64,000 nucleotides of DNA from a virus. The stretch lies in IMG/VR virus record IMGVR_UViG_3300032018_000004, positions 1-64,000 of that record; one strand, given 5' to 3'. The stretch's first letter is position 1. Each line of letters begins with the position of its first letter. The notes under the pieces are model-generated. The model was not told the DNA's origin. It saw nothing but the letters and a program-made list of their open reading frames with translations, and ran no database searches. Made by a program: the position numbers and the translations under genes. Below are positions 38,387-48,326 of the stretch, in pieces.

Positions 38387-38812
38387 ATGAAAAAATTATT
38401 AACCCTTATATTTTTCCTGAACGCAACTATCGCCCATGCAAGTGGCTATGGAGACCTGAATGATGTCGAGTACGTAAAAAATTACGATGGAGATACAATC
38501 ACATTCAACATCAAATCAGTCCATCCTATAATTGGAGACAAAATCCCAATCAGGGTAAATGGCATTGACACTCCAGAGATTAAAGGAAAATGCGAGAAAG
38601 AATCTATACTTGCAAAAAAAGTTAAGGAATTTGTGAAACAGGAAATGAAACAAGCCAAGACCATTAACCTAAGAAATATCAACAGGGAAAAGTATTTCAG
38701 AATCCTTGCAGATGTTGAATATGACAATAAACTTCTTTCACAAGAATTGATTAAAAGAAATATGGCTGTTGAGTATCACGGCGAAACAAAACTTAAAAAC
38801 TGGTGTGAATGA
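38387..38812 (+). CDS. Thermonuclease (SNase-like) with signal peptide
   Basis: YDGDTI, IRVNGIDTPE, KYFRILA. Confidence 0.92.
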   Translation: MKKLLTLIFFLNATIAHASGYGDLNDVEYVKNYDGDTITFNIKSVHPIIGDKIPIRVNGIDTPEIKGKCEKESILAKKVKEFVKQEMKQAKTINLRNINREKYFRILADVEYDNKLLSQELIKRNMAVEYHGETKLKNWCE

Positions 38813-38998
38813 GATGGGAATAGGATGCAAATATCTAGGTGGAACAAAACTTCTGAAATATGTTGTTCATAGGAATAAATACAAATGGGATTTAAAACCT
38901 AAGTATCAACCTGACAAAGATGATAAAGAACCAACCTTGTGGCCTCTTGTATGGGCTTTACTTGGATTTATATTCCTAATCTCACTCTTAAAATAATC

Positions 38999-39027
38999 TT
39001 GACATAATCCAGAACATTTCCTATAAT
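38999..39027 (+). promoter_or_regulatory. sigma70 consensus promoter
   Basis: TTGACA-N17-TATAAT. Confidence 0.8.
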
Positions 39028-39116
39028 CAGAACAAATAGGGGGTGGTAGTAATGCTAGGATTCACATATAGGCAAATGAACAAGAACATTCAAAATCCTT
39101 CTCCTCCAATGCCAGG

Positions 39117-39419
39117 GTGGTTGAAGGCTATATTATGGATATTGGCGATCATAGAATTATTATGACAAAACTAAATGAAGTACACGTTGATATTAGCATT
39201 GATGATAGGATTCAGAGAAAGGAAACTTTCTGTTGCCCTAATTGTAAACACTCATGCTTGTATACAAATGGAGTCCAAAAAAATACAGAGCGTGGATTTT
39301 TCAATGTGGAGTCTTTCGCTGAACGAAATATGGGGACATTTATAGAACAACACTATGTTTATGGGTGCCCAAACTGTAAAATGTTATTTCATAGTTTTAT
39401 GCCTATTCCGAGCATTTGA
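39117..39419 (+). CDS. Zn-ribbon hypothetical protein
   Basis: Two CPNC motifs. Confidence 0.6.
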   Translation: MVEGYIMDIGDHRIIMTKLNEVHVDISIDDRIQRKETFCCPNCKHSCLYTNGVQKNTERGFFNVESFAERNMGTFIEQHYVYGCPNCKMLFHSFMPIPSI

Positions 39420-39569
39420 ACTTTTTCAACCAGAAAATAAATATTATAATATTTTGACATCCAGTATTCAGAATCTGGTTTATTTCCTACGTTAAGACCC
39501 ATACCCATGGATAAGATTGGGTATAACCTGTATATTATATTTGTTTAATGATTTTATAATGAATGTGTT

Positions 39570-39839
39570 ATGAAAAGGATTATTATGGCAAGAAGTCCAA
39601 TTGAAATGATGATAGATAAGGGTTGTGGGTTGGAAATTGGATGGGAACTAAAAATACCTCCCAGTGATCTCGTAACACTTTGTTGTCCTATTTGTAAAAA
39701 AGAAAAGATGGTTGATAGAGAAGACCATGATTTGCCAGGAACTGTTGTAGTAGAAGTATATTGTCGGGATTGCCCTATGGATGGATTCGAGGAAGTTCAT
39801 TGTTACCGTTTAGACGGCACGGAGATTTTAGATGGGTAG
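39570..39839 (+). CDS. Zn-ribbon hypothetical protein
   Basis: CPIC...CRDC. Confidence 0.6.
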   Translation: MKRIIMARSPIEMMIDKGCGLEIGWELKIPPSDLVTLCCPICKKEKMVDREDHDLPGTVVVEVYCRDCPMDGFEEVHCYRLDGTEILDG

Positions 39840-40156
39840 TAATGTTATTACTTGAAAAAAGATTTTATAACATCCGGTTAAGGTAGTTACCGAGATTGAA
39901 GTGTTTTGAATTTGAAAATATAAAATGGTGTGAATAATGCCGAGCCTCCCATATAGGGGGTGGGGTGTTCGGTAAATAAAGCCCCATACCCCCTGATACC
40001 CTGCCTCCCCACAGGAGGTTACAGGAGCGTCACCACGCCACGTTTACACCTCTAGCCATACATCCCTACACTATAGCCCTAGCACGTCACCTTGCACGCT
40101 CTATGATCCCTAGAACGCGATACGCCCCTGTATGCCCTGCTATTGCTATACACTAG

Positions 40157-40263
40157 TCATGCACTCATGCACTCATGCACTCATGCACTCATGCACTCAT
40201 GCACTCATGCACTCATGCACCTAGCATCATGCACCTAGCATCATGCACCTAGCATCATGCACT
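40157..40263. repeat. Non-coding tandem repeats: CATGCACT 8-mer (~7-8 copies) then CATGCACCTAGCAT 14-mer (3 copies)
   Basis: Directly visible in sequence. Confidence 0.95.
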
Positions 40264-40423
40264 ATCCTAGCAACGCCCTAAACAAAGGTTCATATACCAC
40301 CACTATACGCTTGGCCCCTTCCTTGCTCATGCCTAGCTTCATCAACCGTGCCCATATATGCAGCGGGTTGGTATAGTGACGTACTGTATCGAGTGTGCTT
40401 ATGTGTAGTGTTGTAGTTGTCAT
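40262..40423 (-). CDS. 53-aa protein (not in ORF track)
   Basis: AAGGAGG RBS, ATG at 40423, MTTTTLHISTLDTVRHYTNPLHIWARLMKLG...; consensus promoter upstream. Confidence 0.7.
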   Translation of the reverse strand: MTTTTLHISTLDTVRHYTNPLHIWARLMKLGMSKEGAKRIVVVYEPLFRALLG

Positions 40424-40470
40424 GGCGTTTCCCTCCTTTCTTTGTGTGATCTAATACATCTCTTTATTTT

Positions 40471-40499
40471 ATTATATTAAATGATACATACTTTGTCAA
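40471..40499 (-). promoter_or_regulatory. sigma70 consensus promoter
   Basis: TTGACA-N17-TATAAT. Confidence 0.85.
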
Positions 40500-40586
40500 T
40501 GGGTAGTAGCGTTATTAAACTTATTCAATGATATTGCATACTTAATTTAATTCTACAAAATAAATGCATTTAATAAATAAAAATGC

Positions 40587-40614
40587 TTGACTCTATATAT
40601 GGATATGGTAAAAA
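40587..40614 (+). promoter_or_regulatory. sigma70-type early promoter, divergent from 40471-40499
   Basis: TTGACT, extended TG, TAAAAA; AT-rich upstream tract. Confidence 0.55.
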
Positions 40615-40657
40615 GAAGGCAAGAGCATTAAATATTACTAAATAAGGAGATAAGGCA

Positions 40658-40813
40658 ATGGAAGCATATGACCGAGTAAAACAGGCAAGGATTGAAGGGA
40701 AGGCCACTTATCTCAATGGAGCCAACTATGTTGATTGCCCTTACCCTGCACACACTGCTGAGTGGAGAGCATGGAGAGAGTTTTACCGCATGGCAAAACG
40801 TGGGCGTATTTAG
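40658..40813 (+). CDS. 51-aa Rmf/CrpP-like small protein (not in ORF track)
   Basis: AAGGAG RBS; ARIEGKATYLNG...DCPYP...WRAW resembles the G..A...G....CPY.....W pattern. Confidence 0.55.
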   Translation: MEAYDRVKQARIEGKATYLNGANYVDCPYPAHTAEWRAWREFYRMAKRGRI

Positions 40814-40953
40814 TTATATTAAACAATGGATGTGGTAAAACGTAGTCAAGAGGAGAGACGACAATGCTTAAATTGATCCTGGCAGTGGTAGCAGTTGGCG
40901 CATGGGCAGATGTAATCGCATTACTCAATAAAATGTTTTAAGGAGATACGGCA

Positions 40954-41154
40954 ATGAGCAGAGCAAAGGCAAAGATAGCTAAACAGGATAATGGGACGTT
41001 TCTTGTCAGGCTGTATGTCAATGGAGTCTGCTCCCCCTACTCTGACACTATATGTAACACCCTTGAGGAAGCACAAAAGGCAGCTGGGAACATGGAAGAG
41101 AGAAGCAAGCGGCACGATACATACAGGAAGAACAAACACGGAAGGAGGTACTAG
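40954..41154 (+). CDS. Early hypothetical protein
   Basis: AAGGAG RBS. Confidence 0.6.
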   Translation: MSRAKAKIAKQDNGTFLVRLYVNGVCSPYSDTICNTLEEAQKAAGNMEERSKRHDTYRKNKHGRRY

Positions 41155-41497
41155 AAATGCCGAACCATTGCACTTACAAGAATTGCCCAAAATATCTTGT
41201 TTGCTCAGTTAAGATCGAGCCGGGATGTGTTCCGGTATGTAAGCCGGTAGAGAATAGGGAGTTGGTGAACATTGCAGCTCAAATATTAACCTTGCTGTAC
41301 ATTGCAGAATAGGGGGAGAAAATGAAAAGCCGATACTACCAGGCCAGGATAAAAGGTACAGATATATGGATTCGACTATTGACGTATTTCCCGGATTCTG
41401 ATAAATATCTATGTAGGACGGGAAAGCGAAAAGAGTTTTTCTGGTCAGACGAATTAACAGACTTTTGCGATTAAAAACAAATTAAGGAGATTGAGAG

Positions 41498-41779
41498 ATG
41501 GAAAGGATCACAGAGAAGATGCTACAAATGAGAATTGACAGACTAAACACGATAACCGAAAACCCGCTTACGCCATACAGCAAGGGCGAGGACGGGAAAC
41601 ACCGGGCAAACGTGGGAAACTATCGCCTTGATATTGCTTATGGTGGTTATGCACTGGAACAAATGTGCAATGACGGGGGCGGAGTCAATAGCGTCTTGAG
41701 TAGGGGAACAAAGAGGGAATTGTTTGACAAGCTTTGCGCTCTTATCCGAGGCATTGAGATTGGAAGAGGCCAACAATGA
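41498..41779 (+). CDS. Early hypothetical phage protein
   Basis: AAGGAG RBS; GNYRLDIAYGGYAL motif. Confidence 0.7.
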   Translation: MERITEKMLQMRIDRLNTITENPLTPYSKGEDGKHRANVGNYRLDIAYGGYALEQMCNDGGGVNSVLSRGTKRELFDKLCALIRGIEIGRGQQ

Positions 41780-41954
41780 TCTACCCACTATCAATAATAA
41801 TCATCATTGGATTTTTTGTATTGCTCGACCTAATGCTATACGCCGCTGAAGTATTCCAGAAAAACCAGGACTGGAAAAACGGGGTGCGGCAATGTGGGCG
41901 CTGGAAGTGGTAGCATTTTGTAATATTAAATAAATATTTTGTACACTAAATGAG

Positions 41955-42206
41955 GTGGCAATTATGAAACAGCTTTTAAAGGAAAACGGTTTTCCCACAA
42001 AATACGGCTACGCCTGCGGGTATGGAAAGGAAGAATGGTCAGAAGATAAAAAAAGGAGAAAAACAATCTTTGAGGATGATTCCCATAATTGTATAAACGT
42101 GAGGTGGGAAGATGATAGTGGCTATCACTGGGAACAGTTTTTTTACTGGGACGGAGCAGGGGCAGCAAAGAGAGCGGAAAAACTCTATAAAAGTATTAAA
42201 ATGTAA
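41955..42206 (+). CDS. Early hypothetical protein
   Basis: GAGGT RBS; TKYGYACGY motif. Confidence 0.6.
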   Translation: MAIMKQLLKENGFPTKYGYACGYGKEEWSEDKKRRKTIFEDDSHNCINVRWEDDSGYHWEQFFYWDGAGAAKRAEKLYKSIKM

Positions 42207-42312
42207 TAAGGGGGCAATATGAGAACCGAAACGACAACCAGAACATTGTACTTTTTCAATGAATTTACAGAAGATGGAAAACTCGCATAACTAACAAATA
42301 AAGGGGAAGAAA

Positions 42313-42546
42313 ATGAAAAAAGAGTATTCATTATCTACACAAATAGGATGGAAGGAAACAACTTTCGAGAAGGCAGAAGATGCATATTATACAAATAACA
42401 CACACTTCCCGGCGCAGATAAACAATGACCTGCTGCAATCTCTAATCGAGCTAATTGACAAGATAAAGTATTTCCCTGGGGAGTTGTCCAAGGATCATTA
42501 TGCGGTGAAACGTGCCGAAAAATTAATTGATAGCATTGGAGGGTGA
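42313..42546 (+). CDS. Early hypothetical protein
   Basis: Purine-rich RBS; coupled to next ORF. Confidence 0.55.
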   Translation: MKKEYSLSTQIGWKETTFEKAEDAYYTNNTHFPAQINNDLLQSLIELIDKIKYFPGELSKDHYAVKRAEKLIDSIGG

Positions 42547-42752
42547 AGAAAATGAGACAAGACATTTGTAATATATGCGGGAAAGATAAATACAATCCAT
42601 ATCGCTCATATGACGAGAAAGGGAACATTGTACAAGGTTGCGTATCTTCCTTCCACGACAATTCGCTTGTTCCTTGTAGCAATAATTCATATTGGCATAA
42701 CAGGAAAGAGGCAAAGGCGATTAGAAAAAACCTAAAGAAATATGGTTGCTAA
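42543..42752 (+). CDS. Early hypothetical protein
   Basis: CNICG...GC...H; followed by terminator. Confidence 0.55.
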   Translation: MKKMRQDICNICGKDKYNPYRSYDEKGNIVQGCVSSFHDNSLVPCSNNSYWHNRKEAKAIRKNLKKYGC

Positions 42753-42766
42753 ACAAAACAATCATG

Positions 42767-42804
42767 GCCCCTCAGCTTGACGGATGAGGGGCTTCCTTTT
42801 ATTT
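42767..42804 (+). terminator. Intrinsic terminator closing the first early cluster
   Basis: GCCCCTCA-loop-TGAGGGGC then TTCCTTTTATTT. Confidence 0.75.
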
Positions 42805-43653
42805 CCTATAGGTAGATATGGCAATAGACAAAGACTGCTGATACAAGCCTTCCTGTACGTTTTATAAGGGTATAGTTTCCAGCTATCCGGTGCAAGGCCG
42901 GTGAAGTGGTGCATTAAAATTGCTGCACTGGAAACTAAAGTATACAATTCTATTGTTTTACCCTCAAGCAACATCCCTAATTGATCTATTCCATTTCGTA
43001 TAACTAATTCCAAAAGACATAACTACATTCGTGTGAATTGTTTTTGGAATTACATAACTGATTGTGTGTGAATTTTTCCGGGGTGCAGCAATTTTGCTTC
43101 AGTGCATCAAAAAGTATGCAACATAACGGGAAGTGTGTGGCCTGCCCTATACACTAAATCATTACACTATATTACACTATATTACAGGATTTCTTCGCCT
43201 GAATTTAGGGAAGCATATACACTAAATTACAGGATCATTACAGGTAAAAGATTCTTACTGACAACCTGAATTAATGAACTCTATAACGCCATTCTTTTCC
43301 CTCTTAATAGAACATTACACACTATCTCTCTATGGTTCAATCATACCTATTCCCCTTCCTAGTTATCCTATTGTGATATTCTTCTATTTTGTATTACATT
43401 ATCTCTTGCATTTTGTTTTAATTAAATATACAATATATCTATGTTGCGTTTAGTGGAATGATTTAGTTTTATTGTTGTCTTAAATGCAATGGTATAGGTT
43501 TACCTTACTTTTTAAAATTAGTGGGGAATTGGGGAATTAAGTGGTAATTTGTGCCAGAATAGTTGAAAGAATAGAAATTAGTTTTTGTAAGTTATTGATT
43601 TTATTGAAAATGAATTTAGTTTTAGAATATTCAATTTAGTTTTAGGAAATGTA

Positions 43654-43682
43654 TTGCAAAATGAATTTAGATTTTGTATATT
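43654..43682 (+). promoter_or_regulatory. sigma70-type early promoter
   Basis: TTGCAA-N17-TATATT with extended TG. Confidence 0.65.
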
Positions 43683-43738
43683 GAAATTGTAAATAGGATT
43701 TAGTTATTTAAAATAGATTTGGAGGATTGAAATGAAAA

Positions 43739-44254
43739 ATGAAATTAGAAATGGGTAACAAATACTTGGTAGTAAACGTAGCTCCTTACAATCCTTATAC
43801 TGGGCATTCTAAAGTCGAGCCTAAGTTCCTTGAACTGACCGTCTTCGAGGAACGTACAGATGCCAACGGCGAGTTCACTGGCGAAGTCGGTACTGGCTAT
43901 CTAGCCCGTGGAAGTGATGGAAAGATATATGGTTTAAACTACCCAACCGTCAATGAAGGATACGGGGATACATCTTGGCGCAGATATTGTACCGACAAAG
44001 ATTTCCTTGCATTGACTGAGGGACAGAAGGAACAATTCATCATTGACTTATACTGGCGTGACGTAACATACTACCAGTGTCCAGCAGAACCAGATTTTGT
44101 GAAAGGCCATGACTACTTGGCTTTTTGTAATGTTCACCAAATACTCCACTACAAACGTGATTCTTGCTTCTACTGCCAAATTAAACCAGAAATGCGGAGA
44201 AAAGTTGAAATGAATATGAACGAACATAAGTGGGTAGGATGGTATGCGGAATAA
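43739..44254 (+). CDS. Early hypothetical protein
   Basis: GGAGG RBS, promoter upstream. Confidence 0.65.
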   Translation: MKLEMGNKYLVVNVAPYNPYTGHSKVEPKFLELTVFEERTDANGEFTGEVGTGYLARGSDGKIYGLNYPTVNEGYGDTSWRRYCTDKDFLALTEGQKEQFIIDLYWRDVTYYQCPAEPDFVKGHDYLAFCNVHQILHYKRDSCFYCQIKPEMRRKVEMNMNEHKWVGWYAE

Positions 44255-44258
44255 ATCC

Positions 44259-44287
44259 TTGATTTTCTCAGCCTCATTTTGTATACT
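44259..44287 (+). promoter_or_regulatory. sigma70-type early promoter
   Basis: TTGATT-N17-TATACT with extended TG. Confidence 0.65.
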
Positions 44288-44342
44288 TAAATCATGGAAA
44301 AGGAATTTAGATTTTGTTAAATTAAATAGGAGGGATTTAGAC

Positions 44343-44807
44343 ATGTTTTCTATCATTAGCGAAACAAAAATTGAAAAGGGTATTTTCTTCAGATCACCGA
44401 TCCAGAAAGTTCAAGTGGAAACGTATTTAGGGGAAGCTTATTCCTGGGTAGATAATGCAAAGCGTCTTGTTATCCCATACCTACTCAATATGGACAAATA
44501 CAGTCATTTTAAAGAGATTATTGAAGATGACGACCTTGCTGGTCTTGTCGTTAGGGTTTTTGCCTCCCCAATATATTTCAAGCGTTATGTTCGGACAGCA
44601 ATTCACAAGTTCAAAAATCATCCCGATGGTTTGCTTGAGATTCGAGTTTTTGGAGAAGAACCCTTTAAGAATAATTGCTCTGGTGCATGTATCTGTGAAA
44701 AGGCCATTTTTGTTTTCGACAACGAGAAGAAAGAAACAGTCAAGACTTATGGCTCATTTCACTATTACTACAAACATGTTGTAGAAGCTGAATTCGGAAT
44801 TAAATAA
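44343..44807 (+). CDS. Early hypothetical protein (start re-assigned to ATG 44343)
   Basis: AGGAGG RBS before 44343; the longer ORF start overlaps the promoter. Confidence 0.6.
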   Translation: MFSIISETKIEKGIFFRSPIQKVQVETYLGEAYSWVDNAKRLVIPYLLNMDKYSHFKEIIEDDDLAGLVVRVFASPIYFKRYVRTAIHKFKNHPDGLLEIRVFGEEPFKNNCSGACICEKAIFVFDNEKKETVKTYGSFHYYYKHVVEAEFGIK

Positions 44808-44821
44808 TAGAGGATTCAACC

Positions 44822-45124
44822 ATGAAAAAATCTAAATTCAATTGCATAAACATGAATAAGGAATTGTTTGAAGTCTCTGGCTATGTCTCTGAGCATTTCG
44901 GGATTCATAAAGTTAGCATCAGAGGTGGAACATTGTGGGATGTAACACATCTTAAAACAGGTGGGGCAATTGTTCCATTTGAATTAAAGAAGAAAGCCAG
45001 GGAGTTTGTTGGCAGGCTGGAAAATGAAACACCTACAATCCCCTGGCAGGATATGACTCTTGAGAATTGTTACATGAACACAGAAATTATTCGCCAGAAC
45101 AGAGATATTGTCTTGGGTTATTGA
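44822..45124 (+). CDS. Early hypothetical protein
   Basis: GAGG RBS; WDVTHLKTGG motif. Confidence 0.65.
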   Translation: MKKSKFNCINMNKELFEVSGYVSEHFGIHKVSIRGGTLWDVTHLKTGGAIVPFELKKKAREFVGRLENETPTIPWQDMTLENCYMNTEIIRQNRDIVLGY

Positions 45125-45158
45125 AAACAAACATAACAATCAAATAGGAGATAAAAGA

Positions 45159-45839
45159 ATGAAACTCTACAAATTGACAAAACAAGATGGCACTACTCAT
45201 GATGGATATAAATATGGAATTATTGGTAAAATTCATAAAAAAGAAGAAAAACATAACCCCCGACTTTGTTCTTCTGACGTCTTTCACGCCTACAAGAATA
45301 TTAATTTAGCTTTTCTATTAAATTCCAACCATGCCAATATTAATAACCCTGTTTTGTGGGAGATTGAAGGAGATATTTGTTGCGAAGATTTTGGGAAGGT
45401 TGGTTCTTTCCAACAAAAAGTTATTGGTAAAATAAATTATCCCAAATGGGTGAATTCCGATAGAGATAATAAAGTCAGAGTTTTATTTGCTATTCTCTGC
45501 GCTGAATCAGTTTATCCTTTATGGGAAAAATATAATGGAAAAGATAAGCGGGTTTTGGAGGCTATTTTAGCAGCACGGGAATATCTAAAAAACCCAAGCA
45601 GCGCTGCTGCTGCTGCTGCTGCTGCTGCTTATGCTGCTGCTGCTGCTGCTGCTTATGCTTATGCTGCTGCTGCTGCTTATGCTGCTGCTTATGCTGCTGC
45701 TGCTGCTTATGCTTATGCTGCTTATGCTGATGCTGCTGCTGCTGCTGCTGCTGCTGATGCTGCTTATGCTTATGCAGCTTATGAGATCGACTTCTGTGAA
45801 TTGGCAGATAGATCGGTTATTGAAAATGGATTTACATAA
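45159..45839 (+). CDS. Phage protein with poly-Ala/Tyr low-complexity tract
   Basis: AGGAG RBS; MKLYKLT...LCS...H; AILCAE..D.R..AI then Ala tract. Confidence 0.75.
   Translation: MKLYKLTKQDGTTHDGYKYGIIGKIHKKEEKHNPRLCSSDVFHAYKNINLAFLLNSNHANINNPVLWEIEGDICCEDFGKVGSFQQKVIGKINYPKWVNSDRDNKVRVLFAILCAESVYPLWEKYNGKDKRVLEAILAAREYLKNPSSAAAAAAAAAYAAAAAAAYAYAAAAAYAAAYAAAAAYAYAAYADAAAAAAAADAAYAYAAYEIDFCELADRSVIENGFT
45602..45782 (+). repeat. (GCT)n/TAT trinucleotide tract
   Basis: Directly visible; encodes AAAAAAAAAYAAAAAAYAY... Confidence 0.95.
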
Positions 45840-45848
45840 CTATATCAT

Positions 45849-46367
45849 GTGAATTTTTTAGAAAAGGAGACCAAAATGGGCGTTTCAGCAAAGATAATCA
45901 CAAATGCAAAATATAATGCGGAAGATGTAGAAACCATTCTTGAGAATATGGATGGAGTGGCTAATCTAAAAATGCGATCAACGCATGCTTGCTCATACAC
46001 AATCCTAGATTTTGAATTTAAGCAATATGAAGATAGCGAAGTTGAACAACGCCAGATGAACATTTTCACAAACTCAAATGAATACGGGTTGCCACACACA
46101 ATGATTGATCTTGGAGCATGGGGAAGTGCCGAATTCATCCTTGAAAAGATTTGGAAGGTTCTTGGTGGGTTTTATTGCAAGAATGATTGTAAAGACGTTT
46201 GGGAGAATTGTGCTGGCTCTTTATCAGAGACAAATGGATTTCCGTACTTCATCAAAAAAGCATTATTGAGTGGAACAATGAAGAATGAAAATGATGGGAA
46301 GGGCTTGATCCAGTTTATTTCTGACTGGAAAGAAAGAATTGGGCATGGAACTAATGTTGTATTTTGA
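45849..46367 (+). CDS. Hypothetical protein
   Basis: AAGGAG RBS before internal ATG (MGVSAK). Confidence 0.65.
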   Translation: MNFLEKETKMGVSAKIITNAKYNAEDVETILENMDGVANLKMRSTHACSYTILDFEFKQYEDSEVEQRQMNIFTNSNEYGLPHTMIDLGAWGSAEFILEKIWKVLGGFYCKNDCKDVWENCAGSLSETNGFPYFIKKALLSGTMKNENDGKGLIQFISDWKERIGHGTNVVF

Positions 46368-46369
46368 TC

Positions 46370-46398
46370 TTGACATTTAAATATACAAAATGTAAAAT
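46370..46398 (+). promoter_or_regulatory. sigma70-type promoter
   Basis: TTGACA-N17-TAAAAT with extended TG. Confidence 0.7.
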
Positions 46399-46437
46399 GG
46401 ATTTCTAAATACTGGACTGAGAATTAAGGAGGTTAAT

Positions 46438-46749
46438 ATGAATTATATCATTTCTATTCAAGGGAAGATAATGGTGAATGATCCTTTCGTTATTTATCAA
46501 TGCGAAAATATCGTCTTAGTTTCTCTTGATTTAAAAAGCAAATATGCCGAATTGGATTATATCGGTGCGGACAATAACATCCCATTTGTTATTTTGAAAT
46601 CTACAGAATCAACAATTAACGAGAACCAAGAAGTAAGTCTTGGTAATTATACGGAAATTCAATTTCCAGATTTGGATGGTTGGGACATATGGGCGACTTC
46701 TATTGGGGGATATACACTTAATATTTGTTTTGTAAAAGAAAAGGAATAA
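46438..46749 (+). CDS. Hypothetical protein
   Basis: AAGGAGG RBS. Confidence 0.65.
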   Translation: MNYIISIQGKIMVNDPFVIYQCENIVLVSLDLKSKYAELDYIGADNNIPFVILKSTESTINENQEVSLGNYTEIQFPDLDGWDIWATSIGGYTLNICFVKEKE

Positions 46750-46753
46750 CCAA

Positions 46754-46993
46754 ATGCAAACCACAATTAAAGAAATGGCAAACACATTTTCAATCAATGG
46801 GATAATCCCCAACAAGGCAGAGCTAGGAATCCTCCTGAAATTCGCACAAGCCTCTGGAGAGGCGAAGGTTGCAGGACACGAACCTAATTTTGGAAGAAAG
46901 GGAAGGCCGGGAATTGTGTGGGAGATTTCAAACAATCTGAATTTCAAGATCGTTAAACGTGGGAAGTTGATGCCTAAGAAGAAGGAGAAGTGA
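46754..46993 (+). CDS. Small basic hypothetical protein
   Basis: AAGGA RBS; GRKGRP motif. Confidence 0.55.
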   Translation: MQTTIKEMANTFSINGIIPNKAELGILLKFAQASGEAKVAGHEPNFGRKGRPGIVWEISNNLNFKIVKRGKLMPKKKEK

Positions 46994-47613
46994 AGATGCA
47001 TTGTCATTGTGAAGTTATTATGCCCCCGACAAACGACATTCAAAAAACCATAACTGAAATTCTCGAACCGTTTAATGAGAAAAACGAGGAGAATTCATCC
47101 GGGCATCCATTCTTCAATTGGTTTGTTATCGGAGGAAAATGGGCCGGGACAAAAGAGACATGTAGATATGATACCGACAAAATCGACTTGTTTTGTAAAC
47201 GATTGGAGGAAGCGAAGGTAACTGTTTCTGGAATTCAATTTGGAAAGCAAGAATTATCTTCCAAAAGTCAGATACCTATTGTTGACAAGATGTGGAACGA
47301 TCTTTTCCCCACGGAGAATGGGGAAATAACGCCCTGCCCTATTTGTATGTTTGATGAAATCCCGGATAGTCTTTCATGTTCGCGGGTAATTATTGCTGCT
47401 CCTTCTCATAACGGAGAATCTATTGAGGCAAAATTTATGATTTGTGAAGATCAGTGGAATGGAGTAAACCACATGCCTATCGAGTGGGATGGGAAAGTAA
47501 AACAAGCAATTAAGATGTTCACTGATAAATTCAAAACATACAGTCCTGAATATGTGAAGACAATAATGCCACAATCGAACTGGATATGTGTCACGATTGA
47601 CTATCATTCATAA
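46990..47613 (+). CDS. Hypothetical phage protein
   Basis: FNWFVIGGKWAG and terminal VTIDYHS motifs. Confidence 0.7.
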   Translation: MKMHCHCEVIMPPTNDIQKTITEILEPFNEKNEENSSGHPFFNWFVIGGKWAGTKETCRYDTDKIDLFCKRLEEAKVTVSGIQFGKQELSSKSQIPIVDKMWNDLFPTENGEITPCPICMFDEIPDSLSCSRVIIAAPSHNGESIEAKFMICEDQWNGVNHMPIEWDGKVKQAIKMFTDKFKTYSPEYVKTIMPQSNWICVTIDYHS

Positions 47614-47859
47614 ATAGGAGAAGTGATAATGGATAATGAAATTCTAATCTTAAAGGAAGATGGAAAGGCCAAGGTCAAAATAACCAATGCGAAATTAAAG
47701 CTGGGATGAGAGGTGGATTTGTAATAACAAGCCAAATTGATAAGGAATATCCCGACTTATTTTGCTCAGAGCCATATGTTGATTAAGTCCCTTTGATATT
47801 GTGAATGGTGGGGTTTATAAAGGAAATGTAGTAGGATGGCTTTAATTACGATTTAACCC

Positions 47860-47888
47860 TTGACAAAACACAAAACATTTCTTAGAAT
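47860..47888 (+). promoter_or_regulatory. sigma70-type promoter
   Basis: TTGACA-N17-TAGAAT. Confidence 0.7.
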
Positions 47889-47966
47889 ATAATTAAAGGG
47901 CAATATAGCCCCATGTAGTGCCAGCAGTTTAAAAACGTCAAACTCAATCTATAAGGAGGAAAAGTC

Positions 47967-48326
47967 ATGACGAATCTGGCAGTAGTCGAAAGAACCATTG
48001 AGCAGGTAAATGAAGCAAAGATCAACAACAAATTCCGGCTCACTCCTGGGAGATTGAATGAGGTTTTTGAATTTCTGAAAATCCCGTACAAGACTTCCAG
48101 CCGTAAGATCGGGAAAGGAAGTAGGGTGTACGAATTGGAGAACAAGAAGGGCACAACCATTGCTTTCAATTCCATGAAGGATTTGCTCTATTCTACTCCA
48201 ATTGCAAAAGCCATTCAGAAGAGGGCGAAGGCTCAGATGACCATTGTGGAGAACTTCTTCGCTGATCTGAATGGGGAGAAGAAGCACAGGAAGGTTAGAA
48301 AGCCTTCTCTGGTGAAAGCTGCATAG
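47967..48326 (+). CDS. Basic hypothetical protein, likely abundant
   Basis: AAGGAGG RBS; own promoter and terminator; Lys/Arg-rich. Confidence 0.7.
   Translation: MTNLAVVERTIEQVNEAKINNKFRLTPGRLNEVFEFLKIPYKTSSRKIGKGSRVYELENKKGTTIAFNSMKDLLYSTPIAKAIQKRAKAQMTIVENFFADLNGEKKHRKVRKPSLVKAA

Noticed and set aside
40157-40263. Tandem array as CRISPR or guide array
   Set aside because: 8- and 14-bp units without spacers and no adjacent effector gene
45631-45852. Poly-Leu/Met ORF resembling a membrane protein
   Set aside because: Alternate frame of the (GCT)n poly-Ala tract
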